Of a DNA stretch of 64,000 nucleotides, positions 19,545-28,041 are shown piece after piece. A program made the position numbers and the translations under genes. Positions within the stretch are counted from its first letter, which is position 1. Each line of letters opens with the position of its first letter. Source of the stretch: a virus (Duplodnaviria; Caudoviricetes). The notes beneath the pieces are model-generated. The model did no database searches, had not been told where the DNA came from, and was given only the letters and a program-made list of their open reading frames with translations. The stretch covers positions 86,157-150,156 of IMG/VR virus record IMGVR_UViG_3300031813_000004. The stretch is one strand, 5' to 3'.

Positions 19545-19744
19545 TGTCATCAATACAATTTAATGATAATAATATTAGTATAGTTAATGATAGATTATTA
19601 ATTAGATGTTTTAAATGTAAATTCATTGAGTATCAAGATGAATTATTAGACCATATTGTTTGTAATAAGATATTACCTACAACTTTAGAATGGTATAAAA
19701 GAGTTAATTATTGGGGGTCTTGTTGCTTTTTTATGGAGAAATAA
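19544..19744 (+). CDS. CxxC-DEL-C mini-protein 2
   Basis: CFKCKFIEYQDELLDHIVC. Confidence 0.8.
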   Translation: MSSIQFNDNNISIVNDRLLIRCFKCKFIEYQDELLDHIVCNKILPTTLEWYKRVNYWGSCCFFMEK

Positions 19745-19954
19745 ATGCCTAATATTAATTTTATAAAAAATGAAAATATTTATTTTACAGATAATTATAA
19801 TATTTTAATGTGTAAAGACTGTATATATTTAATATTTCTAGACGAATTAACTAATTATGCTATATGTAATATGGATTATTTAAAACATTATCTTATGCTT
19901 TTTCCAGATGGTTGTACAAGACATATAAAGGAAAAATTAAATGGCAACAGTTGA
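19745..19954 (+). CDS. CxxC-DEL-C mini-protein 3
   Basis: CKDCIYLIFLDELTNYAIC. Confidence 0.8.
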   Translation: MPNINFIKNENIYFTDNYNILMCKDCIYLIFLDELTNYAICNMDYLKHYLMLFPDGCTRHIKEKLNGNS

Positions 19955-20138
19955 ATTTTTATTTTTAAAATTAACTAGATCAACTAGATTTTATAACATA
20001 ATAAATTGTAAAACATGTGAATGGTTAGTATTCTTAGATGAATTAATAGAACATTCTATTTGTAATTATTCTAATTTAAAAGAACATGATCATTATCTTT
20101 ATGTATCTGGTTGTTCTCGTTATAAAAATAAGGAGTGA
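19941..20138 (+). CDS. CxxC-DEL-C mini-protein 4
   Basis: CKTCEWLVFLDELIEHSIC. Confidence 0.8.
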   Translation: MATVEFLFLKLTRSTRFYNIINCKTCEWLVFLDELIEHSICNYSNLKEHDHYLYVSGCSRYKNKE

Positions 20139-20141
20139 TAT

Positions 20142-20378
20142 ATGGATAATTATATTATCATATACGAAAAACATAATAAAGAAACAAAAACATCTTTACT
20201 ATATATTGAATATAATTGTGAAAATTGTAAATATTTCAAATTTTTAGATAAGTTAACTAGATTTTTGATTTGTGGTAACTCAGATGTAAAAGCTTTAGGA
20301 GAAGAATGTTTAATTAGAAAGGATTCATTATTATTAAATATGAAATTGAATTTAAAGAACACCCAGTTCAGAATATGA
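20142..20378 (+). CDS. CxxC-DEL-C mini-protein 5 (C-terminus probably extended by a lost stop)
   Basis: CENCKYFKFLDKLTRFLIC. Confidence 0.8.
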   Translation: MDNYIIIYEKHNKETKTSLLYIEYNCENCKYFKFLDKLTRFLICGNSDVKALGEECLIRKDSLLLNMKLNLKNTQFRI

Positions 20379-20518
20379 CAGCTCCAGTTTCTTATATTAA
20401 TGTGAATTGTAAAAACTGTAAACATTTAAAATTTTTAGACGAATTACTTTATTTTGTAATTTGTGGGTGTGTATCATCAAAATGCTATGTAAGTTTTAAT
20501 TGTTTAGAAAGGAAATAA
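20375..20518 (+). CDS. CxxC-DEL-C mini-protein 6 (absent from ORF track; original start probably 20330)
   Basis: Manual translation MTAPVSYINVNCKNCKHLKFLDELLYFVICGC...NCLERK. Confidence 0.7.
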   Translation: MTAPVSYINVNCKNCKHLKFLDELLYFVICGCVSSKCYVSFNCLERK

Positions 20519-20521
20519 TTA

Positions 20522-20728
20522 ATGATAATATATAATATTAAAACAAATGATAATAAATTAAGTGAATTAACTGAAGAATACTATGAAGAATTTTGTAAAA
20601 ATTGTATTAATATAAAAATGATTGATAATCTAACTCGTTATTTGGAATGTAAAAAATATGAACATACCACATTAGTACGAAAAGATTGTATGGTTATTTG
20701 TGCTGATTTTAAATTAAAGGATAAATAA
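20522..20728 (+). CDS. CxxC-DEL-C mini-protein 7
   Basis: CKNCINIKMIDNLTRYLEC. Confidence 0.8.
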   Translation: MIIYNIKTNDNKLSELTEEYYEEFCKNCINIKMIDNLTRYLECKKYEHTTLVRKDCMVICADFKLKDK

Positions 20729-20934
20729 TGGATATTATTACTATAGAAATAAACAAAAGAATAGTTACATATTCTGTATTAAAAAATATTGATTTTATTT
20801 TAAATTGTTGTGAAACATGTCCTAATTGTATATTCGTAGACAAGCTTTTAAATCACATCTCCTGCAAATGTAAACACTCTCCTATATTTTATCCCAGATG
20901 TTCTAATCGCTTTCCTAGGAAAGATTCATGGTAA
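20728..20934 (+). CDS. CxxC-DEL-C mini-protein 8
   Basis: CETCPNCIFVDKLLNHISC. Confidence 0.8.
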   Translation: MDIITIEINKRIVTYSVLKNIDFILNCCETCPNCIFVDKLLNHISCKCKHSPIFYPRCSNRFPRKDSW

Positions 20935-21134
20935 ATTTTACGATATATTTTACGGTCCCATGTATATTAATCCACTATAGACAATCTAAAATTATATGTG
21001 GAGATTGTAAGCATTATTTATTTATTGATGAATTAACAAACCATATTATTTGTAATCATGATAATCTTGCTCATTTTTATACAGGGTGGACAGATAATAC
21101 AACATGTGGTAATATTAATAGGAACCCTATATGA
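20928..21134 (+). CDS. CxxC-DEL-C mini-protein 9
   Basis: CGDCKHYLFIDELTNHIIC. Confidence 0.8.
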   Translation: MVNFTIYFTVPCILIHYRQSKIICGDCKHYLFIDELTNHIICNHDNLAHFYTGWTDNTTCGNINRNPI

Positions 21135-21298
21135 CTTGTAAAAATATAACAAAAATAAAATATTTAGGAAAAGTCAGAAGTGATAATAATATGTTACATA
21201 ATTATCAATGTTCATCTTGTAAAAAGATTGGAATATTGAGTTGTTACGAAGATGAATTAGAAACTGAAAAACAACTAAAAAGAATACATGAGAGTTAA
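21131..21298 (+). CDS. Small Zn-ribbon-like ORF interrupting the array
   Basis: Manual translation MTCKNITK...YQCSSCKKIGILSCYEDELETEK. Confidence 0.55.
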   Translation: MTCKNITKIKYLGKVRSDNNMLHNYQCSSCKKIGILSCYEDELETEKQLKRIHES

Positions 21299-21300
21299 CT

Positions 21301-21534
21301 ATGGTAACAATAGAAGATATTAATAATAAAATACAAGATATAGGAACTATTGATTATACATTTTTAAATTCTGATGTTTTTAATTTATGTGGAAATTGTA
21401 TTTATTGTTCACATATTGATGAACTAATAAATTATGTTAAATGCAACCATAAAAAGGGTAGTAGATTTTATAATTTTTATAAAAAAGATTTAAAATGCTG
21501 GTATTATAGTGAGGTGGTAATTGGTGACTATTGA
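21301..21534 (+). CDS. CxxC-DEL-C mini-protein 10
   Basis: CGNCIYCSHIDELINYVKC. Confidence 0.8.
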   Translation: MVTIEDINNKIQDIGTIDYTFLNSDVFNLCGNCIYCSHIDELINYVKCNHKKGSRFYNFYKKDLKCWYYSEVVIGDY

Positions 21535-21748
21535 ATATACCAAACTAAACTTAGTAGAAAATTTTAGTTCTATAAATTACCATGACGATGATATATTAGA
21601 TATATGTAAAACTTGTAAAAACTTAGTATATATGGATGAGCTAATAAAACATATTAAATGTAGATCACAAGGACCAGTTCAATTTAGAAAATTTTTTGAA
21701 ATGAAAGTTAAATGTATGAATAAACCAAGAGGAATAAGATATGATTGA
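21521..21748 (+). CDS. CxxC-DEL-C mini-protein 11
   Basis: CKTCKNLVYMDELIKHIKC. Confidence 0.8.
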   Translation: MVTIEYTKLNLVENFSSINYHDDDILDICKTCKNLVYMDELIKHIKCRSQGPVQFRKFFEMKVKCMNKPRGIRYD

Positions 21749-21944
21749 ATATCCTAAATTTGATAATAAATTATCTGCAGATGGCGGAAATCAAACTACA
21801 AATTTATGTAAGATATGTCCTAATTGTTTATATATAGATGAATTAATGAACTATATTAAATGTAATGCAGATAGAATTTCTTTCTTTTATTATATCAAAG
21901 AAAATTTAATATGTATAAATAGACCAAAATGCATAAAATTATGA
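21741..21944 (+). CDS. CxxC-DEL-C mini-protein 12
   Basis: CKICPNCLYIDELMNYIKC. Confidence 0.8.
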   Translation: MIEYPKFDNKLSADGGNQTTNLCKICPNCLYIDELMNYIKCNADRISFFYYIKENLICINRPKCIKL

Positions 21945-22147
21945 TAACTATTCAATTTTGTAATAATAAACAGATATATTTACATTTTAATAAAGTTTAT
22001 GATAATATTGGTCTTACACTTTGTGAAGAATGTAATAAGAAAATATTTATTGATAAACTTACAAATTTTATTTTATGTGATATGCCAAGAATATCTTTTG
22101 ATTATAATAAAGAATGTAAATTATATCAATTACAAAAATCAATCTAA
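21941..22147 (+). CDS. CxxC-DEL-C mini-protein 13
   Basis: CEECNKKIFIDKLTNFILC. Confidence 0.8.
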   Translation: MITIQFCNNKQIYLHFNKVYDNIGLTLCEECNKKIFIDKLTNFILCDMPRISFDYNKECKLYQLQKSI

Positions 22148-22156
22148 GGAGTATAT

Positions 22157-22477
22157 ATGGAAGAAATTACAATTCAATTTAATTACTTAAATCTTAAAAG
22201 AATTGAATCTCATAATTTTTATAGTAGTAATATAAATGACCCAGATAAGATTTTTGATTATAAATGTTGTGAACAATGTAAAGATCATGTTTTAGTTGAT
22301 GTACTTTTAAGATATGTTGAATGTAATTCTGATAGAATGTTAAATGGATCTTCTTATTATCAAGATAATGGAACAGGTAAAAATTGGTGTGCATTTGGTC
22401 CTAGAATAAAATATGGAAGTTCTAATTTAACAGATTCTGATGCCATTATAAAAAATAAAGAGGTAGTTAAAAAATGA
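22157..22477 (+). CDS. CxxC-DEL-C mini-protein 14
   Basis: CEQCKDHVLVDVLLRYVEC. Confidence 0.8.
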   Translation: MEEITIQFNYLNLKRIESHNFYSSNINDPDKIFDYKCCEQCKDHVLVDVLLRYVECNSDRMLNGSSYYQDNGTGKNWCAFGPRIKYGSSNLTDSDAIIKNKEVVKK

Positions 22478-22698
22478 TATCTATAGATTTTCCTAATTGT
22501 AAAAGAAAAAAATTATGTAGTTATCATACTGATGATGAAGATTCAAGAATCATAGATAAATGTGATAAATGTATAAAACATATTTATATTGATAAACTTA
22601 TTAATCATGTTATTTGTAATGCAAAAGAAACACCTACTTTTTCTTTTAATTTAGATTATAATGGTTCTATATATTGTACTATGGAAAAGGAGAAATAA
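22474..22698 (+). CDS. CxxC-DEL-C mini-protein 15
   Basis: CDKCIKHIYIDKLINHVIC. Confidence 0.8.
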   Translation: MISIDFPNCKRKKLCSYHTDDEDSRIIDKCDKCIKHIYIDKLINHVICNAKETPTFSFNLDYNGSIYCTMEKEK

Positions 22699-22946
22699 TG
22701 ATAGTATCTTTTCAATTTCCAAATCATATAGATTCAAATAAAATTTACAAAGATATAAATTTTATGGGTATAGATGTATTTGATTTTGAAAATTGTAAAA
22801 AATGTAAATATTATAACTATGTTGATGAATTATTAAATATCATCATATGTCTTAGAATAATAGATAATGAAAATGGATTTTGTAAATTGAGTGTATATGA
22901 CAACCAAATGTTTTGTTGTTATGGACAAGAGTATTTTAGAGGTTAA
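22698..22946 (+). CDS. CxxC-DEL-C mini-protein 16
   Basis: CKKCKYYNYVDELLNIIIC. Confidence 0.8.
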   Translation: MIVSFQFPNHIDSNKIYKDINFMGIDVFDFENCKKCKYYNYVDELLNIIICLRIIDNENGFCKLSVYDNQMFCCYGQEYFRG

Positions 22947-22948
22947 TT

Positions 22949-23167
22949 ATGAAAATAGAAATTAATATTCATCTACCACTATCAATTAATAGAAATTATA
23001 GAATTTCATTAGATAATATGATATTTGATTTTAATAGATGTAAACATTGTTATCTTAATATTTTTGTAGATGAATTATTATATTATGTCGAATGCAAACA
23101 TAACGATACCTTAAAATTTTCAGAAGATAATACCGAGTGTTCATGTATTAATGGAATTGAAATATGA
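22949..23167 (+). CDS. CxxC-DEL-C mini-protein 17
   Basis: CKHCYLNIFVDELLYYVEC. Confidence 0.8.
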   Translation: MKIEINIHLPLSINRNYRISLDNMIFDFNRCKHCYLNIFVDELLYYVECKHNDTLKFSEDNTECSCINGIEI

Positions 23168-23406
23168 TTGAGATAACATTCTATTTACCAAACATGCACC
23201 CAGTAAATGATAGTCTTAATTTATATCAAATAGGAGATACATTTAATTTTAATATTTGTAAAAAATGTAGTTTTAATATTTCAACAGATGAATTATTAAG
23301 GCATATTGAATGTAAAAGGAAATATATGGGAGTTTTTTCATATGATGATAAAACAAATTTAGTTTATTGTAACCTTGGATTAGAAAATGAAAGGAGAGAT
23401 AAATGA
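23164..23406 (+). CDS. CxxC-DEL-C mini-protein 18
   Basis: CKKCSFNISTDELLRHIEC. Confidence 0.8.
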   Translation: MIEITFYLPNMHPVNDSLNLYQIGDTFNFNICKKCSFNISTDELLRHIECKRKYMGVFSYDDKTNLVYCNLGLENERRDK

Positions 23407-23630
23407 TAATATCATTTTATTTTCCTAATAATGATAGAATGAAAAAAGATATGGAATTTAAATTTAGTAAATTAGATATAATAGAAAGAATAATATATGA
23501 CTTTAGTATTTGTGAAAATTGTAAATATAATATATCAGTTGATAAAATTATGAATCATATTATTTGTAGTAAAATAAATTCATTTAATGTCAACCTTGAC
23601 TATGATAATAAAAGATATTATTGTTACTGA
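23403..23630 (+). CDS. CxxC-DEL-C mini-protein 19
   Basis: CENCKYNISVDKIMNHIIC. Confidence 0.8.
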   Translation: MIISFYFPNNDRMKKDMEFKFSKLDIIERIIYDFSICENCKYNISVDKIMNHIICSKINSFNVNLDYDNKRYYCY

Positions 23631-23641
23631 GATAAAAATTA

Positions 23642-23917
23642 ATGAAAGAAATTAAAAATATAATTACTTTTCTATTTTCAAAAATTGATAAACCAAGATG
23701 TGAAAAATTTAACTTTGTATCAGATTATACAGACGAAACTTGGGATTCAAAAAGGACTTTTGATTTTGAAATATGTAGAAATTGTATTAAAAATATTTTT
23801 GTTGATGAATTACTTAATCATATTGAATGTTCTTATTTAGGATATTCTATATACTATGATGTTGAGGCTCACAAATATTATTGTTATTTTGGATCACAAA
23901 ACCAAAGGAGTAAATAA
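23642..23917 (+). CDS. CxxC-DEL-C mini-protein 20
   Basis: CRNCIKNIFVDELLNHIEC. Confidence 0.8.
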   Translation: MKEIKNIITFLFSKIDKPRCEKFNFVSDYTDETWDSKRTFDFEICRNCIKNIFVDELLNHIECSYLGYSIYYDVEAHKYYCYFGSQNQRSK

Positions 23918-24265
23918 ATGATTATATTACACAATGAGAAATGTTATTTCTGTCATGGACAGTTAGTTGAAATCAAAAATATGGTATTAAATTGTAGCCC
24001 AATTGAAGTTAGATATGGTGGTTCTAATCCAATGAAAGAAACTTCCACTGGGTTATTTTGTAGAGAATGTGGTTTAAGATACGCATTTAAACCGAGTGAA
24101 GTAAAAGAATACGTTGCTAAATGTATTGAAAGTGATTTAAGAGAAGAAGCTAAAGAGACAGAACATATGAATAAAATTTTTGAAGGAATGAGAAAGAATA
24201 CTAAAGTTAAAACATTAGACGAACTTAAAAAAGATAGTGTTGATATGTTTATAAAAAGGAGATAA
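23918..24265 (+). CDS. Zn-ribbon hypothetical protein
   Basis: CYFC...CRECG. Confidence 0.6.
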   Translation: MIILHNEKCYFCHGQLVEIKNMVLNCSPIEVRYGGSNPMKETSTGLFCRECGLRYAFKPSEVKEYVAKCIESDLREEAKETEHMNKIFEGMRKNTKVKTLDELKKDSVDMFIKRR

Positions 24266-24420
24266 ATGAAAAATAAAATAAATCAAACAAAGATTGTTAA
24301 AAGACAATCTAGAGAAATGTTTAAAGGAATTTTACCTAGAGGTAAAATTATGGAAAAGAAAAAGAAAGATATATCACAAGAAGAAATTACTAATGGAATT
24401 AATGAGTATAAGGAGAATTA

Positions 24421-24750
24421 ATGAAAATATTATTTAATAGAATTGATGATTTAGAAAAAGCTAATCAAAGACTTAATACAGTATTAGAATCTTTTTGTAG
24501 AGAAAATACTAGATTATTAGAAGAAGTACTTGATTTAAAGAAAAAATTATATTTTCCAGAAACAACAGAATCCAAAATTAATGATGAAGGAATAATAGCA
24601 TTAAAAGAACAAATGCAAGATAGAATTAAAATTTATGAATGGTCTGTAAATAATTATAAAAACGAAGAAGTTAACTTAAAAAAGAAAATTGACCTATTGG
24701 AATATCAACTAGAAATTGCTAATGAAAGGATAAAAGCCAATGGAGAATAA
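24421..24750 (+). CDS. Coiled-coil hypothetical protein
   Basis: ORF with RBS. Confidence 0.6.
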   Translation: MKILFNRIDDLEKANQRLNTVLESFCRENTRLLEEVLDLKKKLYFPETTESKINDEGIIALKEQMQDRIKIYEWSVNNYKNEEVNLKKKIDLLEYQLEIANERIKANGE

Positions 24751-25156
24751 AGATAGAATATGTAAACTATTAGAAGAATTACATAATCTTGCATTTGATA
24801 AAGACTCCAATTTAATATTAGGTCAATCTCAATATTTTGCATCATTATCTCAAAATATTTATGCAGCATATTTATTTGGGGATTTAGAAAATTTAGCTAA
24901 ATCAATCAATGAATATATGAATAAACATAGAGATAAAAAAGAAATTAAAAAAAAAGGATTTTACCCGTGGTTTGATTCTCTTCCTGATAATAAAAAATTT
25001 ATTATATTTATGATGTTGGTATGTCCATTTATTATTCCTTTCGGATATTCTATATTTACTAAAAATAGTATATTTTCATTAATATTTTCTGTATTATGGT
25101 TATTTGGATTAATAACTACAAGACTTATTTATCTAGCTAAAAAAGAATTAGAATAA
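24740..25156 (+). CDS. Membrane protein
   Basis: Two C-terminal hydrophobic helices. Confidence 0.6.
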   Translation: MENKDRICKLLEELHNLAFDKDSNLILGQSQYFASLSQNIYAAYLFGDLENLAKSINEYMNKHRDKKEIKKKGFYPWFDSLPDNKKFIIFMMLVCPFIIPFGYSIFTKNSIFSLIFSVLWLFGLITTRLIYLAKKELE

Positions 25157-25166
25157 GGAGTTCATA

Positions 25167-25412
25167 GTGAGTAAAAAATATATAGTAGCTAATTTTTTAA
25201 GTTTTAGTAAAGGAAGAAAATATCAAGCAGGCACAGAATTAATATCATTAGACGAAAATGATGAATATGTTATTGAAAATAAAGGAATTAAAACATATGA
25301 CGGAGATAAATTTTTTAGAATTGGAGATCATAAATTTATATTAATGAAAGAGGAATACAAAGTTAAAAAAATTAAAAAAGGAGATAATGATGAATCTAAA
25401 AAAAGCAATTGA
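25167..25412 (+). CDS. Hypothetical protein
   Basis: GTG start after AAGGAG. Confidence 0.55.
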   Translation: MSKKYIVANFLSFSKGRKYQAGTELISLDENDEYVIENKGIKTYDGDKFFRIGDHKFILMKEEYKVKKIKKGDNDESKKSN

Positions 25413-26091
25413 ATATTTAGAATCATTTTCAGACCTTTGTAAAATTTATAGCTTAACTAGAGCTATAAAAATTGTTTTAGTTAATTTAAAAAAATTACAA
25501 TCACAAGACAAAGAAATATCTGAATTAAAAGAAAAAGTTAAATATGTGGAATCTATGGGTTTACAATTTGGGATAATGAAAACTAGCAATAAACCAGAAG
25601 GATTTCTTGCTCATGTTTGGAGTGAAACTTCAGACTATCAAAGAATGAGCAGAGATTGGATGGATTCAATGCATTTTGAAATTGAAAATAAAAAATTACA
25701 TGATAGAATAACTGAATTAGAATTTGATACAGCGCATCAAAAATCTAAAATAGATTTATTAAATAAAGATATTGATGGTTTAATAAAAGATCAAGAAATA
25801 GAAATTAATAATTGGGTTGAAAGAAATAAAAAATTATCAAAACAAATAAATAACATTAAAGATATACATAAAAAAGAGATCGAAGATATAGAAGAACATA
25901 CAAGTCAAATAGCTATTAATGAATCTTTAGAATTAGAAATTAACCTTAAAGATATTGAGATTAAAAAACTTAGAAAAGCTCTTATTGAAACAGGTTGTAA
26001 TAATTTATTTTGTCAAGAAGTTAATAGAATATGTGGGAATTGTCCTGCAAGAATGAATAAAAAAATTAAATTATTTGAGGATAATTTATGA
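25387..26091 (+). CDS. Coiled-coil hypothetical protein with C-terminal Cys cluster
   Basis: ORF with RBS. Confidence 0.6.
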   Translation: MMNLKKAIEYLESFSDLCKIYSLTRAIKIVLVNLKKLQSQDKEISELKEKVKYVESMGLQFGIMKTSNKPEGFLAHVWSETSDYQRMSRDWMDSMHFEIENKKLHDRITELEFDTAHQKSKIDLLNKDIDGLIKDQEIEINNWVERNKKLSKQINNIKDIHKKEIEDIEEHTSQIAINESLELEINLKDIEIKKLRKALIETGCNNLFCQEVNRICGNCPARMNKKIKLFEDNL

Positions 26092-26489
26092 TTAATATAA
26101 CACCTGAAAATATAACATCTTTAAAAGAAAATGAAATATTCGTATTTGGTTCTAATTATGCAGGAAGACATGGTAAAGGTGCAGCATTATTAGCAATGAA
26201 AAAATTTGGAGCTAAATCCGGTCAAGGTACTGGATTTATGGGCAATTGCTATGGAATAGCTACAAAAGATAGTAAACTTAAAGTTTTACCTCTTAATAGA
26301 ATAGAATGGCAAATTCATACTTTTTTAGAGTTTGCCAATGAAAATCAACATTTACACTTTTTAGTCACTAAGATAGGATGTGGACTTGCAGGGTATAAAC
26401 CAAAAGATATAGCTCCATTATTCTTTAAATATGATATTCCTTCTAACATAAGTTTACCTGAATGTTTCTTGAAATATAAGGAAAAATAA
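26088..26489 (+). CDS. Macro-like phage protein (A1S_2505-like)
   Basis: EIFVFGSN.AGRHGKGAA, YGIAT, FLVTKIGCGLAGY. Confidence 0.8.
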   Translation: MINITPENITSLKENEIFVFGSNYAGRHGKGAALLAMKKFGAKSGQGTGFMGNCYGIATKDSKLKVLPLNRIEWQIHTFLEFANENQHLHFLVTKIGCGLAGYKPKDIAPLFFKYDIPSNISLPECFLKYKEK

Positions 26490-26779
26490 TGAAAACTTTA
26501 ATTTTAACTATTTTATTCATTTTGTTTAGTATTAATTCATTTGCATCAGTTAGTTCAAAAACTAAAAAAACTATTGATGATTCAATGGATAGAGTTGCTA
26601 TTGCTTATTTTAATAAAGGAATGGATGAAGGTGTTATTTGTGGGATGGAAATAGTATTACAAATTAATGAATATTCTAAAAAAGGAATTAAAACACCAGA
26701 AGATGTTATATTAGATTTAATAGAAAATTGTAAAGAAAAAGCTGAAAATAATATTTTATATTTATTAAGAAAGAAATAA
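26489..26779 (+). CDS. Secreted hypothetical protein
   Basis: Signal peptide ending SFA. Confidence 0.6.
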   Translation: MKTLILTILFILFSINSFASVSSKTKKTIDDSMDRVAIAYFNKGMDEGVICGMEIVLQINEYSKKGIKTPEDVILDLIENCKEKAENNILYLLRKK

Positions 26780-26793
26780 GGAGGAAATAAAAC

Positions 26794-27198
26794 TTGAAGT
26801 CTAAGAATACTGATAAGACAATTGGGTTAAATGTAAATTATGAAGAAAAATTTAGAGACATAAGACATAGAGCAAAAGATGAAGAAATTAATTTAAGAAA
26901 AAATAAAAGAGATAAACAAGAACATGAACCAAGATTTAAAATTGAAGAATTAGTAGTCATTACAAATACTGGTTATAAATCTCAAGATAAAGTTTATCAG
27001 TTAGTTGAAGTGTTAGATATTGTTGAGAGATATAAAGATAATTTTGAATATTTTGCAATAGTAAGAAAAACAACTGAGAAAAATTCTTTTCATAGTATTG
27101 GAAGATTAACAATGTTTTCTGAACAACCTTTTCATTTAAAGTTTTATCCCGCTAATATTAATCCTGAAGATATCAAATGGATAGAAAAGGAGAATTAA
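26794..27198 (+). CDS. Hypothetical protein
   Basis: RBS AGGAGG. Confidence 0.6.
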   Translation: MKSKNTDKTIGLNVNYEEKFRDIRHRAKDEEINLRKNKRDKQEHEPRFKIEELVVITNTGYKSQDKVYQLVEVLDIVERYKDNFEYFAIVRKTTEKNSFHSIGRLTMFSEQPFHLKFYPANINPEDIKWIEKEN

Positions 27199-27411
27199 AT
27201 GAGAATAAAAGGATTTCATAATGTTATTGGAGAAGTTTTCTTTACTGACCAATGTCTTGTTATGCAAAAAAGAAGTCCTAGTAAAGAATCAATATTTGTA
27301 GAACATGGAAATGATATAACAATAGTTACAAGAAGGAGATGTTCGTTTAAAAAATCAAATGGGGAAATAGCAAGATATGATGACTTAGTTGAAGGAAAAA
27401 TAAAAGAGTAA
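27199..27411 (+). CDS. Hypothetical protein
   Basis: RBS AAGGAG. Confidence 0.55.
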   Translation: MRIKGFHNVIGEVFFTDQCLVMQKRSPSKESIFVEHGNDITIVTRRRCSFKKSNGEIARYDDLVEGKIKE

Positions 27412-27514
27412 TTACTTAGAATGTATAGGTAACAAAGCAATTAAACTAGGATATTAAACTAGGATATTAATAAAAATAAAGTACTAATATAAGTGATTTA
27501 TGGAGTTATAAATT

Positions 27515-27802
27515 ATGAATGATAATTATCATTATAGCGAAATATCTGAAAATAGAAATGAAGATGTTGCTAGATGGTTAAATAATTGGATAACACAAGG
27601 TAGTACGTATCATAGACTACATGTAACAAGATTATTAGAATTAATAGTTGAAAAAGGATTTTATAATTTTGAGATAACATTTGATTTTATTTTGAAATGT
27701 TATAAATTTAAACTAACACCAGAAAACATTCAATTTTCAAGTGAACTACAACATGCAATATACAATTCTATAGTTTATGAAATTGATAATCCATCAAGAT
27801 AA
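27515..27802 (+). CDS. Hypothetical protein
   Basis: Last ORF before terminator. Confidence 0.55.
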   Translation: MNDNYHYSEISENRNEDVARWLNNWITQGSTYHRLHVTRLLELIVEKGFYNFEITFDFILKCYKFKLTPENIQFSSELQHAIYNSIVYEIDNPSR

Positions 27803-27803
27803 C

Positions 27804-27843
27804 AAAAATGGGATAAGGTATTTCACTTATCCCATTTTTTTGT
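27804..27843. terminator. Bidirectional intrinsic terminator
   Basis: AAAAATGGGATAAG / CTTATCCCATTTTT between convergent blocks. Confidence 0.85.
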
Positions 27844-27849
27844 AAAAAT

Positions 27850-28014
27850 TTATTTTTTATCTAATTCATGTTTTATCTCAACTACTCTATCCAAAGCTTC
27901 TTCCAATAATTTTATTATTCTCCTGCCTGCTTTTCTCAATTCTGGATCATCAGATTCCTGTAATAAAATACAAAGGTTTGCTGACTCTGAAATGCAATTT
28001 ATTATTTTTAACAT
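27850..28014 (-). CDS. Small protein downstream of tail fibre
   Basis: Manual translation MLKIINCISESANLC...HELDKK; RBS AGGAGG. Confidence 0.55.
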   Translation of the reverse strand: MLKIINCISESANLCILLQESDDPELRKAGRRIIKLLEEALDRVVEIKHELDKK

Positions 28015-28041
28015 AATCAACAAACCTCCTTTTTGAATTTT

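Larger units (their letters stand above)
19341..23917 (+). repeat. Tandem array of 20 paralogous CxxC-DEL-C mini-protein genes
   Basis: Shared C-x2-C-x6-D[EK]L-x5-C spacing in consecutive, mostly overlapping or abutting ORFs. Confidence 0.9.

Noticed and set aside
19341-23917. Diversity-generating retroelement or integron producing the Cys array
   Set aside because: No reverse transcriptase or integrase, no near-identical TR/VR pair, and genes overlap with no intervening att-like repeats
27441-27470. 13-bp tandem duplication TAAACTAGGATAT
   Set aside because: Only two copies, not seen elsewhere; probably slippage
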